Shown piece after piece: positions 26,017 to 38,393 of a stretch of DNA of 64,000 nt. Positions within the stretch are counted from its first letter, which is position 1. The number at the start of each line of letters is the position of its first letter. The notes under the pieces were generated by a model, which was not told where the DNA came from, did not search any database, and saw only the letters and a program-made list of their open reading frames with translations. A program made the position numbers and the translations under genes. Source of the stretch: Malacoraja senta (lineage: Eukaryota); contig CM075998.1 of assembly GCA_038087875.1 (NCBI GenBank), positions 808,001-872,000 of the forward strand. The letters run 5' to 3'.

Positions 26017-27104
26017 AGAGCCTGTCTCACGAGTATGCGGTTACTGGCGGTGAAGCAGGAAGTTTGTACCGCTCGTGGACCGCCAGAGACTGCGGGGTCG
26101 GTCCCACGCACACCACCGGGACCGTGCGGTGTTGGTCCCAACACTGCACGGTGCTCACAAAAAACGACAACGTTAAAAAATGTTGTCCTACCGCACAGCC
26201 GCCGCCAGTGCGGCACGAGCACCGCCACAGCCGCCGCCAGTGCGGCACGAGCACCGCCACAGCCGCCGCCAGTGCGGCACGAGCGCCGTGAGCACCACGA
26301 GCACCGCCACAGCCGCCGCCACAGCGCCGCGATCACCTCTCAGATTTGGCAAGCTTATTTTTCACTTGAAGCTCAGTGTTGTTTCTTCTTTATGCTATAA
26401 TGTAGATTTAGAGGTATGGAGTTATACAGATGTCCTTTGGCCCACCAAATCCAACAATCAGCGATCCATCTATAGTGATCTAACTTATCAACACATGGTC
26501 TATAGCCTTCTATGCTTTGTGATTTAAGTGCTGAACTAGATCCTCCATAAACATGATGGGAGTACCAACCTCCACCTGTTCAGGTAAAACATTCCAGATT
26601 CCAACCACTCTCTAGGTGAAAAAAAAAATTCAGATTCCCCTTACCTTAAATTACCTTACCCCATAGTTTTATCTACCTCTGTCATGGGGAAAGGCTTCTT
26701 ACAACTTTGCCTATCAATACCTCTCATAATCTTATACTGTACATCTCAATCAAATCTCTCCTCTGCTTCAAGGAAAGCAAATCAATCCAGTCTCCCTTCA
26801 TAACCGAAACATTGCATTGCAAATAACATCCTGGTGACGTTGTTTCACTCTCTTCAATTACATCTGTAATGCCCCGCGATCCGAAATGATGTCATCGCGT
26901 AGCGCGTTGCGTTGCGCGATGTCGTCATCACCCGACGCCGCAAGCTCGTGGGACCGGCCGTACGGAGATTATCGGCCCCCGCGCAGCATCCGTGCGGCGC
27001 TCCCGCGGCATAGGCGCGGCGCTCTCGCGGTTGCCGTGCGGTCCCCTCTTCCGGCGACGCCGCGCTTCACCGCCAGTAACCGCCTACCCGTGGGACAGAG
27101 CCTT
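26017..27104. mobile_element. Interrupted GC-rich MITE of the same CTGTCCCAC TIR family
   Basis: GCCTGTCTCACGAGTATGCGGTTACTGGCGGTGAAGC (about 26019) is inverted relative to GCTTCACCGCCAGTAACCGCCTACCCGTGGGACAG (about 27064-27098); about 540 bp of AT-rich sequence lies in the middle. Confidence 0.7.
26194..26325 (+). repeat. 32-bp GC-rich tandem repeat (about 3 copies plus a degenerate one)
   Basis: Unit CACCGCCACAGCCGCCGCCAGTGCGGCACGAG; AGCCGCCGCC recurs at 26197, 26229 and 26261. Confidence 0.92.
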
Positions 27105-27924
27105 TAGTGTGTAAGGGCTGGTGTTGGGCTGGCTGTTACAAGCCGTGCAGATACTCTGCACTGAGATATGTGGCTCGGGACTGCACCCTGGTTGGCGCGG
27201 TGAGTGCGGCCATTACGGGGACCGTCCAGCTCCACTTGTTGACGGACAGTACAGATCCTACGCGATCTCTTTTGTCACCTCCTGATGGAACCTGCTGACT
27301 CCCCCGCTGTAGGGGTCTGAATAAACTTCACCTATCCATGTTCTCCAGAGATGTTGCCTGACCCGCTGAGTTACTCCAACACTTTGTGTCCTTTTGTGTA
27401 AAGGCCACAGTCCAAGGCCCTCCTGCCATTGCGCAGTGAGGGGCTGGAACCTGTAAAACTACCTTGGACTGTTTGCTGAAGGAATGTATAGAAAGAATAA
27501 TTGTCATGCTGACTGAATGGAATGACATGGCTTGTAAATTAGTGATATATACCACAACAATTCTCAACATTGTTGCTCCGCAAGGCTGTGTTCTCAGCCC
27601 CGACTATACTCCCCATACACTCACGGCTGTGCAGCCAAGTTCTGCTCTAACTCCGTTTACAAGTTTACAGGTGACACCACCGTCTCAAACAATGATAAAA
27701 GGGGTACAGGATAAAGAGGTTAGTGATGTTGTGTCACGATAACAACTGCTTGCTCAATGTCAGCAAATCATCGTCTTCAGGAGGCGTGGTGGCATACACA
27801 CCCTAGTCTGTAGCAATGGCGCTGAAGTGGAAATGGTTGAGAGCTTCTGGCTCCTCGGTGTAAGTAACACCAACAATTTGTCCTGGTCCAACCACATCGA
27901 CACTGCAGCCAAGAGAACACACTG

Positions 27925-28335
27925 ACGCGGCGGGGCTGAAGCCCAAAGTTTAATGCCTGCACTGGTTTTTCACCAATGGTTATTGGTTTTCCAGGATCTA
28001 TTTAATTAAATCACTTTTTTTTTTCATTTCACAGTCACTAAAACAAGTGGTATTGTAACTATGTACTTTTCAGAGGTGATCTACACATTTTGTTTGTTAC
28101 TTGTAGGCTTACATGTATGCAATTTTATATTAAAATGTAGCTTAGATCTGTTTGGTCCATTGTCACGCACTTTATAAGCGCACATTTTGATTACTTTCCA
28201 TTCTACCATAGATATACCATAAAATCTATAAAAGACTTTCATTATATTTCTATGAATCTACAGACCTTGGCTGGGAACCTGGGGCTCACCAAAATTGTTC
28301 CCAATTGGGCCCCGCACCTCCTAAGGCCGGCCCTG
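27925..28335. mobile_element. Probable hAT-type non-autonomous element (one end visible) inside a Rex1 fragment
   Basis: Ends in GGCCGGCCCTG, a CAGGGCCGGCC-type TIR; flanked on both sides by Rex1-like sequence; the other TIR was not found. Confidence 0.45.
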
Positions 28336-28424
28336 CCGATGCCTCCCCTTCTTCGGAAGGCTATGGAAATTCAGCACATCTCGAATGACTCATGCTAAAC
28401 TGATAACAAAGACCCTGTGCTCTG

Positions 28425-28850
28425 CGATCTACTCTCAGGACACACACAGAGACAAACACCAACTGCTGCTGGAAGACCATCAATCCAGTGGTGGATGCCC
28501 CTCTGGTCTGCCTGAAATCACTGGTGTTCCAGTACAAGGAGCTGTCCGCAACTGAATGCTGCCGCCTGGCTCACTCCAAGGCCCAGGAGTACCTGCTGTG
28601 GGACGCGCTGAAGCTCTGTCCAGCCACGGTGTGGGACTGACCATGGGTATAGGATCCACTCCACACCGACGGGCCAGACCCTATGTAATAAAAACACTCC
28701 TGACACGGCTCACAAAATGTGTGCTCGGGGAAAATTGACATAATGTTGCTGGAATGTGAATCTTGTGTGTAAATAGAATTCTCTCCCTTGTACTGTGAAT
28801 GGTGACATGTGAGGTGTGACTAATATATTGCTAATTTTATGAATAAAGGG
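28425..28850 (+). mobile_element. L1/Tx1-clade LINE 3' fragment
   Basis: Degenerate CCWKTIN..DALWS..ECCRLAHSK.QEYL..DALKL C-terminus followed by TTTTATGAATAAAG. Confidence 0.6.
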
Positions 28851-29295
28851 CATTCATCAACCATGGTCTCGATGAATGGCACAGCAGACTGGATGGGCTG
28901 ACTGACCAACTCCTATTTATTTTGTTCTTCTCGTGTTCGTATTTTGGAGGGAAAAGGTTGCTTTCACTTATGTTGCTTTTCAATCTCTCCAGCCCTTAGA
29001 CCCAATCTTAACTTTCAACGAACAAAAAAAGAAAACTCTATTTTAGTAACACTTGCAATGCTCATGTGGTACATACTGTAGATGCATAGATACATAGAAA
29101 ATAGCTGCAGGAGGAGGCCATTTGGCCCTTCGAGCCAGCACTGCCATTCAATGTGATCATGGCTGATCATCCACAATCAATACCCCGTTCCTGCTTTCTC
29201 CCCATACCCCTTGAAGCTATTGAACTGGGCAATCCTGGTAATGATAGTTGTCTGTACACTTCTGGCCCCTCTATCTCCCTCTTGAATGCGTGTTA

Positions 29296-29763
29296 AGGGC
29301 CTGTCCTACTTGGGCGACCTAATCTGCGAGTTCTGGCGAGTTTGCCCTCGGCTCATACTCGCAGCATGGTCGACACAAGGTCGTAGGAGGTCTTCGTAAC
29401 TCTCTTTCATGCTCGAGAGTGGTCCCCGCGTACTCAGCTATGTCGCGGCGTTTTTTTCAACATGTTAAAAAATGCGAGTAAAAAAAGGTCGCCATGGAAA
29501 AAATCTAAAACTCGTAGGTTTAGTCATAGTAGGTCGGCATGTTAGTCGTAGGTAATCGAGGGTAGTCGAAGGTAGTCGTAGATAGTCTTCATCATAGTCG
29601 AAGGGAGGTCGAAGGAGATTGAAGGAGGTCGTCTTCACTCTCCACTATTCGGTGTCCAATTTTCCCGAAGTTAGTCGTAGCTAGTCAAAGCTGGTCTTCA
29701 ACATGTCATTTTTTCAAACTCTTCTAAACTCGCCAATTAGGTCGCCCAAGTGGGACAGCCCCC
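29296..29763. mobile_element. MITE, PIF/Harbinger-like (same TIR family as 655-836)
   Basis: AGGGCCTGTCCTACTTGGGCGACCTAAT ... ATTAGGTCGCCCAAGTGGGACAGCCCCC with TTA on both sides; internal GTAGTCG/GGTCG repeats. Confidence 0.85.
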
Positions 29764-30899
29764 TTAGATGGAGATGGGACAGACATGTGACCTCCACGTT
29801 TCCTGGAACGTCGAGAAGGACGCAAGAGCGACACTGATACACTTATCTATCTTCACAATAGACAGAGGGGTAGGGGTAGGGGTGGGGAGGAACAGAACTG
29901 GGAATTTCACAGGGATCACTCGGAAACTTCGAGGAGTTTAAGGGAGACACAAGAAACTGCAGATGTTGGAATCTTGATCAAAACAGTTTAAGGGATTACT
30001 TCCATCGTGAATGCAAAGTAAAAGTGTTTTTCCCCATCTGATTGTCATTCGCTGTTGTTTTCTCTATATTTTGTTGTGTGCTTGCATCTTGCTCTCCCCG
30101 CTACGTTAAACTCGTTCCCCATATTTTCAGGTGCTTCCTTACTCAGCGACCCCTTCAAATCCCGTGAACCTTTGAGATCTTTCTGCTTGTCCACACCAGA
30201 CCTCTTCATCGTTCTCACTCGCCGTCGCTGGTGGCTTCAATTCCCCGTGCCCAGCGCTCTGGAAATCACTGGAAATTTTTCCGCCTCTCCCCTTATTTAG
30301 AGGCACATTAAACCTTGTTTAATCTAATTGTTTTAGTCATTTGATTTGCCTAATTATTTCATTATGTGCTCCGTGTTTCGTCACACTTCTCCCAAGCGTG
30401 TTTGAATGTTCATTGCTTTGATGGCACTAGTTGTAGAAACAAGGAACTGCAGGTGCTGGTTTACACCAAAAAAAGACACAAAGTGCTGGAGTAACTCAGC
30501 GGGTCTGGCAGCATCTCTGGAGAACATGGATAGGTGACGTTTTGGGTCGGGATGGAGAGAGGGGGTTGGGGGAAGCTGGAAGTGAGGAGGGACTCGATAC
30601 AGTTGTTGCTCTAGACTTTGACTTTTATTCAAATACTGGTTAATTACATGTAAACACCAGGCAGCAACAGTAACACGACACTCCGCCCAGTGCAAGTTGT
30701 GAATAATGGAAAGGTTCTGTTGACACAAGGAACTGGAATCTCGAGCAAAACACAAATGGAAAGATTCTTCTGCGCACAGTTTGGGCTTCGCGTTCGTCTC
30801 GCACGACTGTTTGGAGACGGTGCAAGCAGTGCGCACATTCTCGGGGCTGTGAGCGGCTTGTGGCTGAACCGTTGAGGCGGCGCACAACTGCTGCCTGTT

Positions 30900-31260
30900 T
30901 TGAGATTGTAACCGTTTGAGGGCAATCAAACTTTATTTAATAGCTGCAGTCTCCCAAACTTTGTACCTAACAACAGCCTGACGTCAGTGAAGTGAATGTC
31001 AGATCAGGTAGTGAAACTGCCACAGGTTGCAAGTTGCGGAAGTGCTCTCTGCACGAGGTGCGAGCCAAGCAGACGTTTCAGCACCGTTAAGAAGCTCAAA
31101 GGATCTTTTAATTTTAAAGTCACTCAAATCCAAACTTGTGTTTATTTTTGTTGGTGGGGAGTTGAGGGGTGGGCGCGTTGTGCTGGAACAGTATGGGTGA
31201 AATCTGCGCCCCCGCAGGGAAATACACAACGCACAGAGTAGCACCGCATCGGAGGAGAAG
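30900..31260 (+). promoter_or_regulatory. Promoter/5'UTR of the short AGAP2 isoform
   Basis: Perfect CRE TGACGTCA at 30979-30986, ETS-type CGGAAGT at 31037-31043, CpG-rich non-repetitive sequence from about 30750 to 31750. Confidence 0.65.
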
Positions 31261-31423
31261 ATGAATTCTCAAAAGCAGTTGCCCCACTCCCTGGCCATCC
31301 GTGGCGAAATCCAGAGGTTCGAGAGCGTCCAGCCCAACGTATACAACGTGTACAAGTTGCTGCATCGCGTCGCCGACCCATCGCTGCGGGGCAGCATCCA
31401 AGAACTTGTTACACGCATTGAAG
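31261..31423 (+). CDS. AGAP2: AGAP-family Arf-GAP (AGAP2/PIKE-A-type), first coding exon (MNSQKQLPHSLAIRGEIQRFESVQPNVYNVYKLLHRVADPSLRGSIQELVTRIE)
   Basis: Peptide matches the AGAP1-type N-terminus (AIRAEIQRFESVHPNIY...); 163 nt ending at G|GTGAGC donor (phase 1); CpG-rich context; head-to-head with TSPAN31 as human AGAP2 is. Confidence 0.88.
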
Positions 31424-32854
31424 GTGAGCAGGTGCATCTCTCCTTGCGAAAACATGCCGCCAGCTTCCAGTCTTGTGAAAGGGGAAAATATCCCTTTCTG
31501 ACTTTTCTTTTAATAGTCCGCGTTCTGGCGGAAAATGCCCCTAGTTATCTCGCGAAAGGGCGGTTAACTTGCAAAGTTACTTTGAATTTCCTTTATTACC
31601 AGCTTTCCCCGTAGGGTTTGCCGATCAAAAGAGATCATGTCATTTGACGTGTAAACATTTCATCCCCTGTTTCATTGCTTTAATCAGTCGGCTGTGATGG
31701 CCATTAAATTGTTGCAGCGTCGATTTCCACAGACGGTGCCGTGACTTCGCGAAGAGCCCCTCGGTGTCAGAAATGGTTTGTCGGGAAGGTGCTATTTGTC
31801 GCCACAAGGCGCCAGTTTTCTTTGGTTAATTAATCTGTAAAACTCTGCGTTTGTGACATGATCCCGACACTCTTTTAAAAAAAAAAAAAAAAAAGAAAAG
31901 CAAGATCTAAGAACTTGTTACATTTGCTGTGGCGAATATTTGCGTGTTTGGTCGATATTCACATCCGAGTGTCTGCACGCGAATCTGTTATGTGTTTTAC
32001 CAATGACCCCACCATCCCACTTAAACCCCACCATATCGCTCAACGCCACTCTCCATGGTTTCAATTTTAAAGGGCATTTTGTGTTTTGACATTCATTTGA
32101 AGCTGAATTGTTTTTCTCTTTCATGTGTCGATAGTTTTGCTTTTCTTGATGTTGAAGGGCCTTGAATCTTGTCCCTGTAATTTAGCGGTTACCACACTGC
32201 TGTGAGGTTTCTTGTGAGCAGTTGACTTGAAGTCCTGAAAAGTTTAATTTCATGTTGACATTTAATACCGACAAAATAAATCCAAACAGAGTAATGGATG
32301 AATAAATAAGTTATGAAGAAAGGCGAACAATGTTGGCAAATGTAGTATGTCGGTTTCAGAGGCAACTCTTGTGGAATTTTGGGACTGGAATCAATTGTGT
32401 GTCTTGAGAGGTTAGGATTGACACCGTGTTAGAGGTATATTCTTAAAGGCTCCTCCCTTTATGACCATAACGTCAGCGGAAACGCCACAAAATGGGGAGT
32501 CTATCAAATGTAGTTCTGCATTGCCAGTATGCCTTGTTCAATAATGTGTTGTTTTTTTGCGTATTACGAGGTAGGGTCACTAGTTGTGACAGAATTTTTT
32601 CCCGCAGCAAGGTTCTGATGAACAATAAGGCGACAAGTGCTCATGAGTCTGTTTTCATTCTTATTTCATTCCAAACGGCCCACCCTAACTCTGCAACCTC
32701 TGGAGGCTGTTCATTTAATTGCCTTAGCCCGAACATAGAAATTCCTTCCTAAATCTCTTCCTCATAATCTTTTCCCTCCTTAAAATCGACTTCTCTAACC
32801 AAGCTTTTAGTCACCTGACCCAATATTGCATTGAGCGTTATGAGGAACTGATAC

Positions 32855-33205
32855 ATAAATTCATAAGTGATAGGAGCAGATTTAGGCCATTCTGCCCATC
32901 AAGTCTACTCAGCCATAGCATGGCTGATCTATCTTTCCCTCTCAACCACATTCTACTGCCTTCTCCCCACTACCCATACTAATCAAGAATCTGTCAATCT
33001 CTGCCTTAAAAATATCAATTGACTTGGCCTCCACAACCATCTGTGGCAATGAATTTCACAGATTCACCACCCTCTGACTAAATAAGTTCCTCCTCATCTT
33101 TCTAAAGGTACATCCTTGTATTATGAGGCTATGGCCTCTGGTCCTGGACTCTCCCACTAGTGGAAACATCCTCTCCACATCCACTCTATCCAGGCCTTTC
33201 ACTGA
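32855..33205 (-). mobile_element. CR1 LINE 3' fragment
   Basis: Same family as 10745-11265 (CAGATTCACCACCCTCTG, CTCCCACTAGTGGAAACATC). Confidence 0.85.
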
Positions 33206-33452
33206 AGGAGGTAAGGCCAACAGAGATCAGCCATGATCATATTCAATGGCAGAGCAGGCTTGAGAGGCCCGCTGGCCTATTCCTGCTCATGCTTTCTTGT
33301 GATAACATGCAGCTGTCTGAATGCTGAAGATGCTATATTAATGGAAGCTATTACATTTTGGTATTTCTTCATTCTTAAGTAATGAAAATCATCTTTTCTA
33401 TGGAGGTCATGACTCCAGAACCCTCGAAGTAGCATGCTTGCCCAGACAGGGG

Positions 33453-33755
33453 GGCACAGTGGCGCAGCTGGTAGAGCCGCAGTCTCACAGTGCCAGAGAC
33501 CCGGGTTTGATCCTGACAGCGGGTGCTGTCTGTATGGAGTTTGCACAATCTTCCTGTGACCACGTGGGTTTCCTCCAGGTGCTTTGACTTCCTCCCACAT
33601 CCCGAAGCCATATACAGATCGGCTAATTGGCCTCTGTAAATTGCCCCTAGTGTGTAGCGAAAGTGGGATAACATAGAACTAGAATGAACGGGTCATCAAT
33701 GATCAGCGTAGACCTGGTGGGCTGAAGGGCCTGTTTCCATGCTGTATCTTTCAAT
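33453..33755 (+). mobile_element. HE1-like V-SINE
   Basis: Same structure; forms an inverted pair with the copy at 34298-34582. Confidence 0.85.
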
Positions 33756-34297
33756 CAGTAGAATGGATTTCAATAGAATGAGTTATGGAGGGAGTTTGAG
33801 GTAAAGTGCAGAGAGGCCAACTTCACTCTCATTGGATGCAAGTACTCCATTGAATGTCAGCGCACTACAGAGGTCACATGTACAATGTGGATACTGGATC
33901 AATAAACTCTTCTGCTCTGTTGTATGTTCTAACATCCTCCATCTTGATCAGCTTCCATGCTGAACAAAAAGCAGAGTGGTTCCAAATTAAAGCTTTGTCC
34001 CGTGCTGTGAACATTTGTAAGCATGTATTTAAAGTGTTAAATCGATGGTAGGATTTGCTTTTTATTTCAAACATTAAATACCTCCTTTGTTCCAAAGCAT
34101 GCAACGCTAGCTAAACCTGGCCCTCCTTGTTGTTAGATTTCTCCATCCCCGATAACATCTTCATAAATTTTCACTGCACCTTCTCAGTGCCATCACATCC
34201 TTCCTGTTATGTGGTGACCAGACTGTACGCAGTGCTTAGGCTGCAGTCAAACGAGTATTTAATTTTGCATAGCAAAGCTCTTTTAGTCAGCATGTAG

Positions 34298-34582
34298 CTT
34301 AGAGAGACATATAGCATGGAAACAGGCCCTTCGGCCCACTGAGTCCACGCCCACTTTCTCATCCACTCCCTGCACACGACGGGCAATTTACAGAAGCCAA
34401 TTATCCTACAAACCCCCACATCTTTGGGATGTGGAAGAAAACCGGAACACCTAGAGGAAACCCACGTAGTCACAGAGAGGGGGTGCAAACTCCACACACA
34501 AAGCATCTGAGTTGAGGATCGAACCAGGGTCTCTGGCACCATGAGGCAGCGGCTCTACTTGCTACGCCCACTGTGCCGCCCT
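34298..34582 (-). mobile_element. HE1-like V-SINE
   Basis: Reverse-complement copy. Confidence 0.83.
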
Positions 34583-36244
34583 TCATGATGAGCAGCGACT
34601 TGTGCAAGGGATTGGCAGGTGGCTGTGGTCATAGCAAGAAGTCGATACTTTCTTCAGCAAGCATGTTGTCACTGTGAAATGTATAATAACTGAGTAGCCA
34701 TCTTTTCAGTTGTTTATGGACTGGTTTTGGCAGTGGCAAACTAACACATTGGCTTACTTGTCCTAAAAGCAGGAACCAGTGTCAAGTATGAGGCCCTTGT
34801 TAAATGCTTGTGCAAATATGGCGTCCTGCAGCCTGTAAAATTCACCCGAACAAAAACACTGCAAACAACCACTACAAATATTTTAAAATACCATCAGGAA
34901 TGGCAGCGTCTGTGTATTAATGGTTTGCGTGTGGGAATGGAGCTCAGAGTGCAGAAGAATCGTTATGTTTCTTGGCACCAAATGTCTTCAGCCAGGGCAA
35001 CACGCACACATTTAAAAAGGACCTATTTAGAGGGGCACTTTTAGCAAGCATATTGGAGGCATGCATGCAAATCCTCGTTGTGCTTGCTGTTCATCTGGAT
35101 GGGGAGGCTGCTCCTCTTCTGTTCCATGTTGCTGCTCCCAAGAATTCCTACTCTGGGGTTTGGAGACCTGTGCCTGGTGAGTATAAATATCATAGCTGTG
35201 GTTTTCACGCGCTGCTATGAAGTATACACCGTTCTTTTTTTCAGTTTTTTAAAAATATAGTACAACCCAATAAAATGATTGCTCTGGTAATGGTACAGAA
35301 TGAGAGAGACACAGTTAAGATGTGAATTGTTATGAGTATGGCAGACTGCGGATGTGGCTGGTGGACAGGAAACAGAATAGAAGGCTGAATTTCAAACTGG
35401 GTGGTTTATGTGGTTCACTGGCATTTTTTTGACAGATGGTTTTAAACAGAAGGGAGATTTGTAAAATATTCTCTCCCCCCGCCCCACCCCCTCCCCCAGA
35501 ATGGAACATTATGATTTTTTTTCCTATTTTTTAATCATGAAAGATCTGGATGCGTTTGCTGGGCTTTGTTACAAGATTTGAATCAAATGCTCGTTGGGAA
35601 AGCTGCCTCCTGTAAAATGTTTGATCAGTGTCTTGTATTCTTGTCTAAAGCTGGCATGGGTTCAAACTACAGTAGCTTTCTGTGCATGCACTAGGTGAAT
35701 ATTACCTACCCACTACGTTTTACTGGGCAGCTTATACTGAGCTAGTGGTTGCATTATTGCAGTCATACTTGCGGGTTGCTTTATCTTGTGTCAGAGTTGT
35801 CAGGTACTAATGCTGCCTAAACACTTTCGTTGGGAGAGGGAAAGGGCCCATTCCTGAGCATTCGTGGAGGGGGTTGGGATGAAGATTTGTTCTTTCTTTC
35901 CTCTTCCTAAATCTCTCCTCTTATCTATTCTCCCTTTGACTAATATCACACCCACGGGACTACGTCACAAGTGCAAGCCTGGGCACTGAACATGAGGAGG
36001 ATGTTATTAATACTAGTGCATGCAACTTAACACAATATGGATATGTGGAATGAGTTGCCAGAGGAGGCAGTTGAGGCAGTACAAGAACAACATTGAAGGG
36101 ACAACACCTGGACTGATATATGGATAGGAAAGATTTAAAGGGATATGGACCAATTGCAGGCAAATGGGACTAGCTTAGATGGGCCATCTTGGTCGGAATG
36201 GAGTTAGATTGTAGGGCCTGTTTCCATGCTGTATGACTATAAAT

Positions 36245-36765
36245 CGTGCCTCAGTGAGCATTATCTTCGGAATTAAAAGTTTGTGGTTTGAAGTCCTGCT
36301 GCCAAAGACTTGAGCAGAAAAATCCAGGTGAACACTCCTGTGCCATGTGTGGGGGTGTCTCATTGTCAGCGATGCTCTCTTTGAATGAAGAATTAAACCG
36401 TTACTCCAATTGCTGTCAGAAGGAGATACAAACGATCCCGATGACACAGGTGTTATCCCCAATGTCCAAATTGACATTTAACCCCTGACCCGCATTAGTT
36501 GTTATAACAAAAGACACAGAATGCTGGACTAACTCAGCGGGTCAGGCAGCATCTCTGGAGAACGTGAATAGGTGACGTTTTGGGTCGGGATTCTTCTTTG
36601 GTCTCAATGTCAAACAAGTTGTTGTAACATTACAGCTGTGGGAGCTTGCTGTGCTGAAATTGGATGCTACATTTCCAACATTGAAACAATTGCCACACTT
36701 CAGAAAATTCTTCATGAGCTGAGCATGAAGTGAATGGCGCTGCACAGATGCAAGGTTTTCTTTTC
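36245..36765 (+). mobile_element. Deu-domain SINE (SacSINE1-like), split by a Penelope-type repeat
   Basis: GCTGTGGGAGCTTGCTGTGC..AAATTGG..GCTACATTTCC..ACACTTCA and L2-type tail GGCGCT..AGATGCAAG. Confidence 0.68.
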
Positions 36766-38393
36766 AATGCTTATTTTTCCACCGATCCAAAGATGAGTCG
36801 ATGGATAGCAGAAGTAGAAACCTTCTAACAGCACCTCCCATCCCCTGCCTGCCCAAGGAATCCAACTTTAACTTCTGAATCAGGGTCCTGACTCACAATA
36901 TCACCTGTCCATTCGCTCCAGAGATGCTGCCTGACCCGCTGAGATACTCGAGCACTTTGTGTGAAGCCAACTTTAACGCTTCACTCAAACTGCCATCTGA
37001 TAGGACTCTCACGATGACCTACCTATGCTGTGGTTTGTTCTGGTTACTAACCTATTTCATTAAAAAATGGGTATAAAGTCATATTTGTTCATCGCATTGG
37101 CATTGTGCAAGGAGCTCAGACCAGTCCTGCTGTGTTCTTAACGTGGAATGGTGCGGCTTGTGTACTATCAGCAATGAGCAGCCCACTTCCTTGGCTTCCC
37201 TCAGCAACCTTACAGCAGGTAAGACCTTTGCTGAATAAAATCTGCAGATGTTGAAATGTGGAAAGGGGAGAGAACTCATTCTGAAAGTGCCTCATTGTAG
37301 TACACATTTCACATCCTGTTTATTTATGAGGCTTAACACTCATGAGGCTAGACACTCAACACCAGTTACTGCATGGACCCAATAACCAAGTGAAGTGTTG
37401 AGGAAAACCAGGTGAGTGTCTATTGGAAAATGAATAGTTAGAATGGTGGCTCCTTCACGGTTAACAGCGAATCATTTGAAGGAAGCTGACATTCGCTAAG
37501 CTCTCATCAGGAGTTTTTTTTAGTGCGACCAGTGAAATCCTTTGAGTATTTATTAATGTAATTCAAAATCTTGCTGCATATGGAAAAATAATCTGTATCT
37601 ATTGCCTAATGCCTGTCATCACTGCAACCCTAATACTGCCTCCACTTGTGAGGTGTCATGAGGTAGACTGCCTCCTCCCCGCCCCCCCCCCACTATGTAT
37701 AAACACAGCTGTAATTTCTACATGGTGAAACCAAAATGTATACAAATGGCCTTTAATAAAACCTGACAATGTGCACTTTCACTACATGTAATTTTTTCTA
37801 TTACATATCTCAAATTGTGGCGTACAGAGGCAAATAAATAAATGATGGGTCTTTGTCCCAAACATTATGGAGGGCACTGTGACTGAGCTGGAGAGATCCT
37901 TTATTGAAGTCCAAGTTCTCAGTCGTTGTCTTGCATGTCACAGAGTTTGATCTTGTCACCAGTTTATATATTTTTTGATTTGTGTACTTTTTGTTCACCG
38001 ACAGTGCCCTGTCCAGCATTGAGCAAAGCAAAAGTGCTGGTGAATTGTCCACCACTGTTCCAATTATTGACTCTTTCAATGGATGGCTGCCTCGCTGTTC
38101 AAGTCTGAAGGAGGTGAATTCCAGCCTGGCTCTAGGTAGCTGGCCACAAGCATCCAGAGGGTTGGGGGTGACGAGGGAGAAGCTGCTCCAGTCGTGCTGG
38201 GCTGTTCGTGTTTGTGCGCTTTCCCTCTTTCTCCATGTTTTTCAAAACGTTCCTCATGAGCACAGCTTGCAGTTCATGTGTCGCCAGTGGGTGTTAACAG
38301 TGAGGAACAGCAAAATGTTGATATCTGATTTTTCTAATCTCTCTCCTCCATATTCTTTGTGATTTCCCCTTGGCCCAGTGACCCCAGTTTAGA

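Noticed and set aside
26194..26325. 32-bp repeats superficially like a CRISPR array
   Set aside because: Head-to-tail with no unique spacers, vertebrate context, no cas genes.
25963..26527. Cluster of overlapping 100-145 aa ORFs
   Set aside because: Produced by the GC-rich MITE and the 32-bp tandem repeat.
30381..30929. 182-aa minus-strand ORF upstream of AGAP2
   Set aside because: Its 3' half is a Penelope-type repeat and its 5' half is promoter-region sequence; no domain recognised.
31077..31097. REST/RE1-like half site TTCAGCACC (another half, GGACAGCGC, near 53071)
   Set aside because: Only half sites; the second appears to lie in a LINE remnant.
31424..31614. Continuation of the 117-aa ORF beyond 31423
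   Set aside because: AGAP similarity ends at the GTGAGC donor; the rest is intron read-through.
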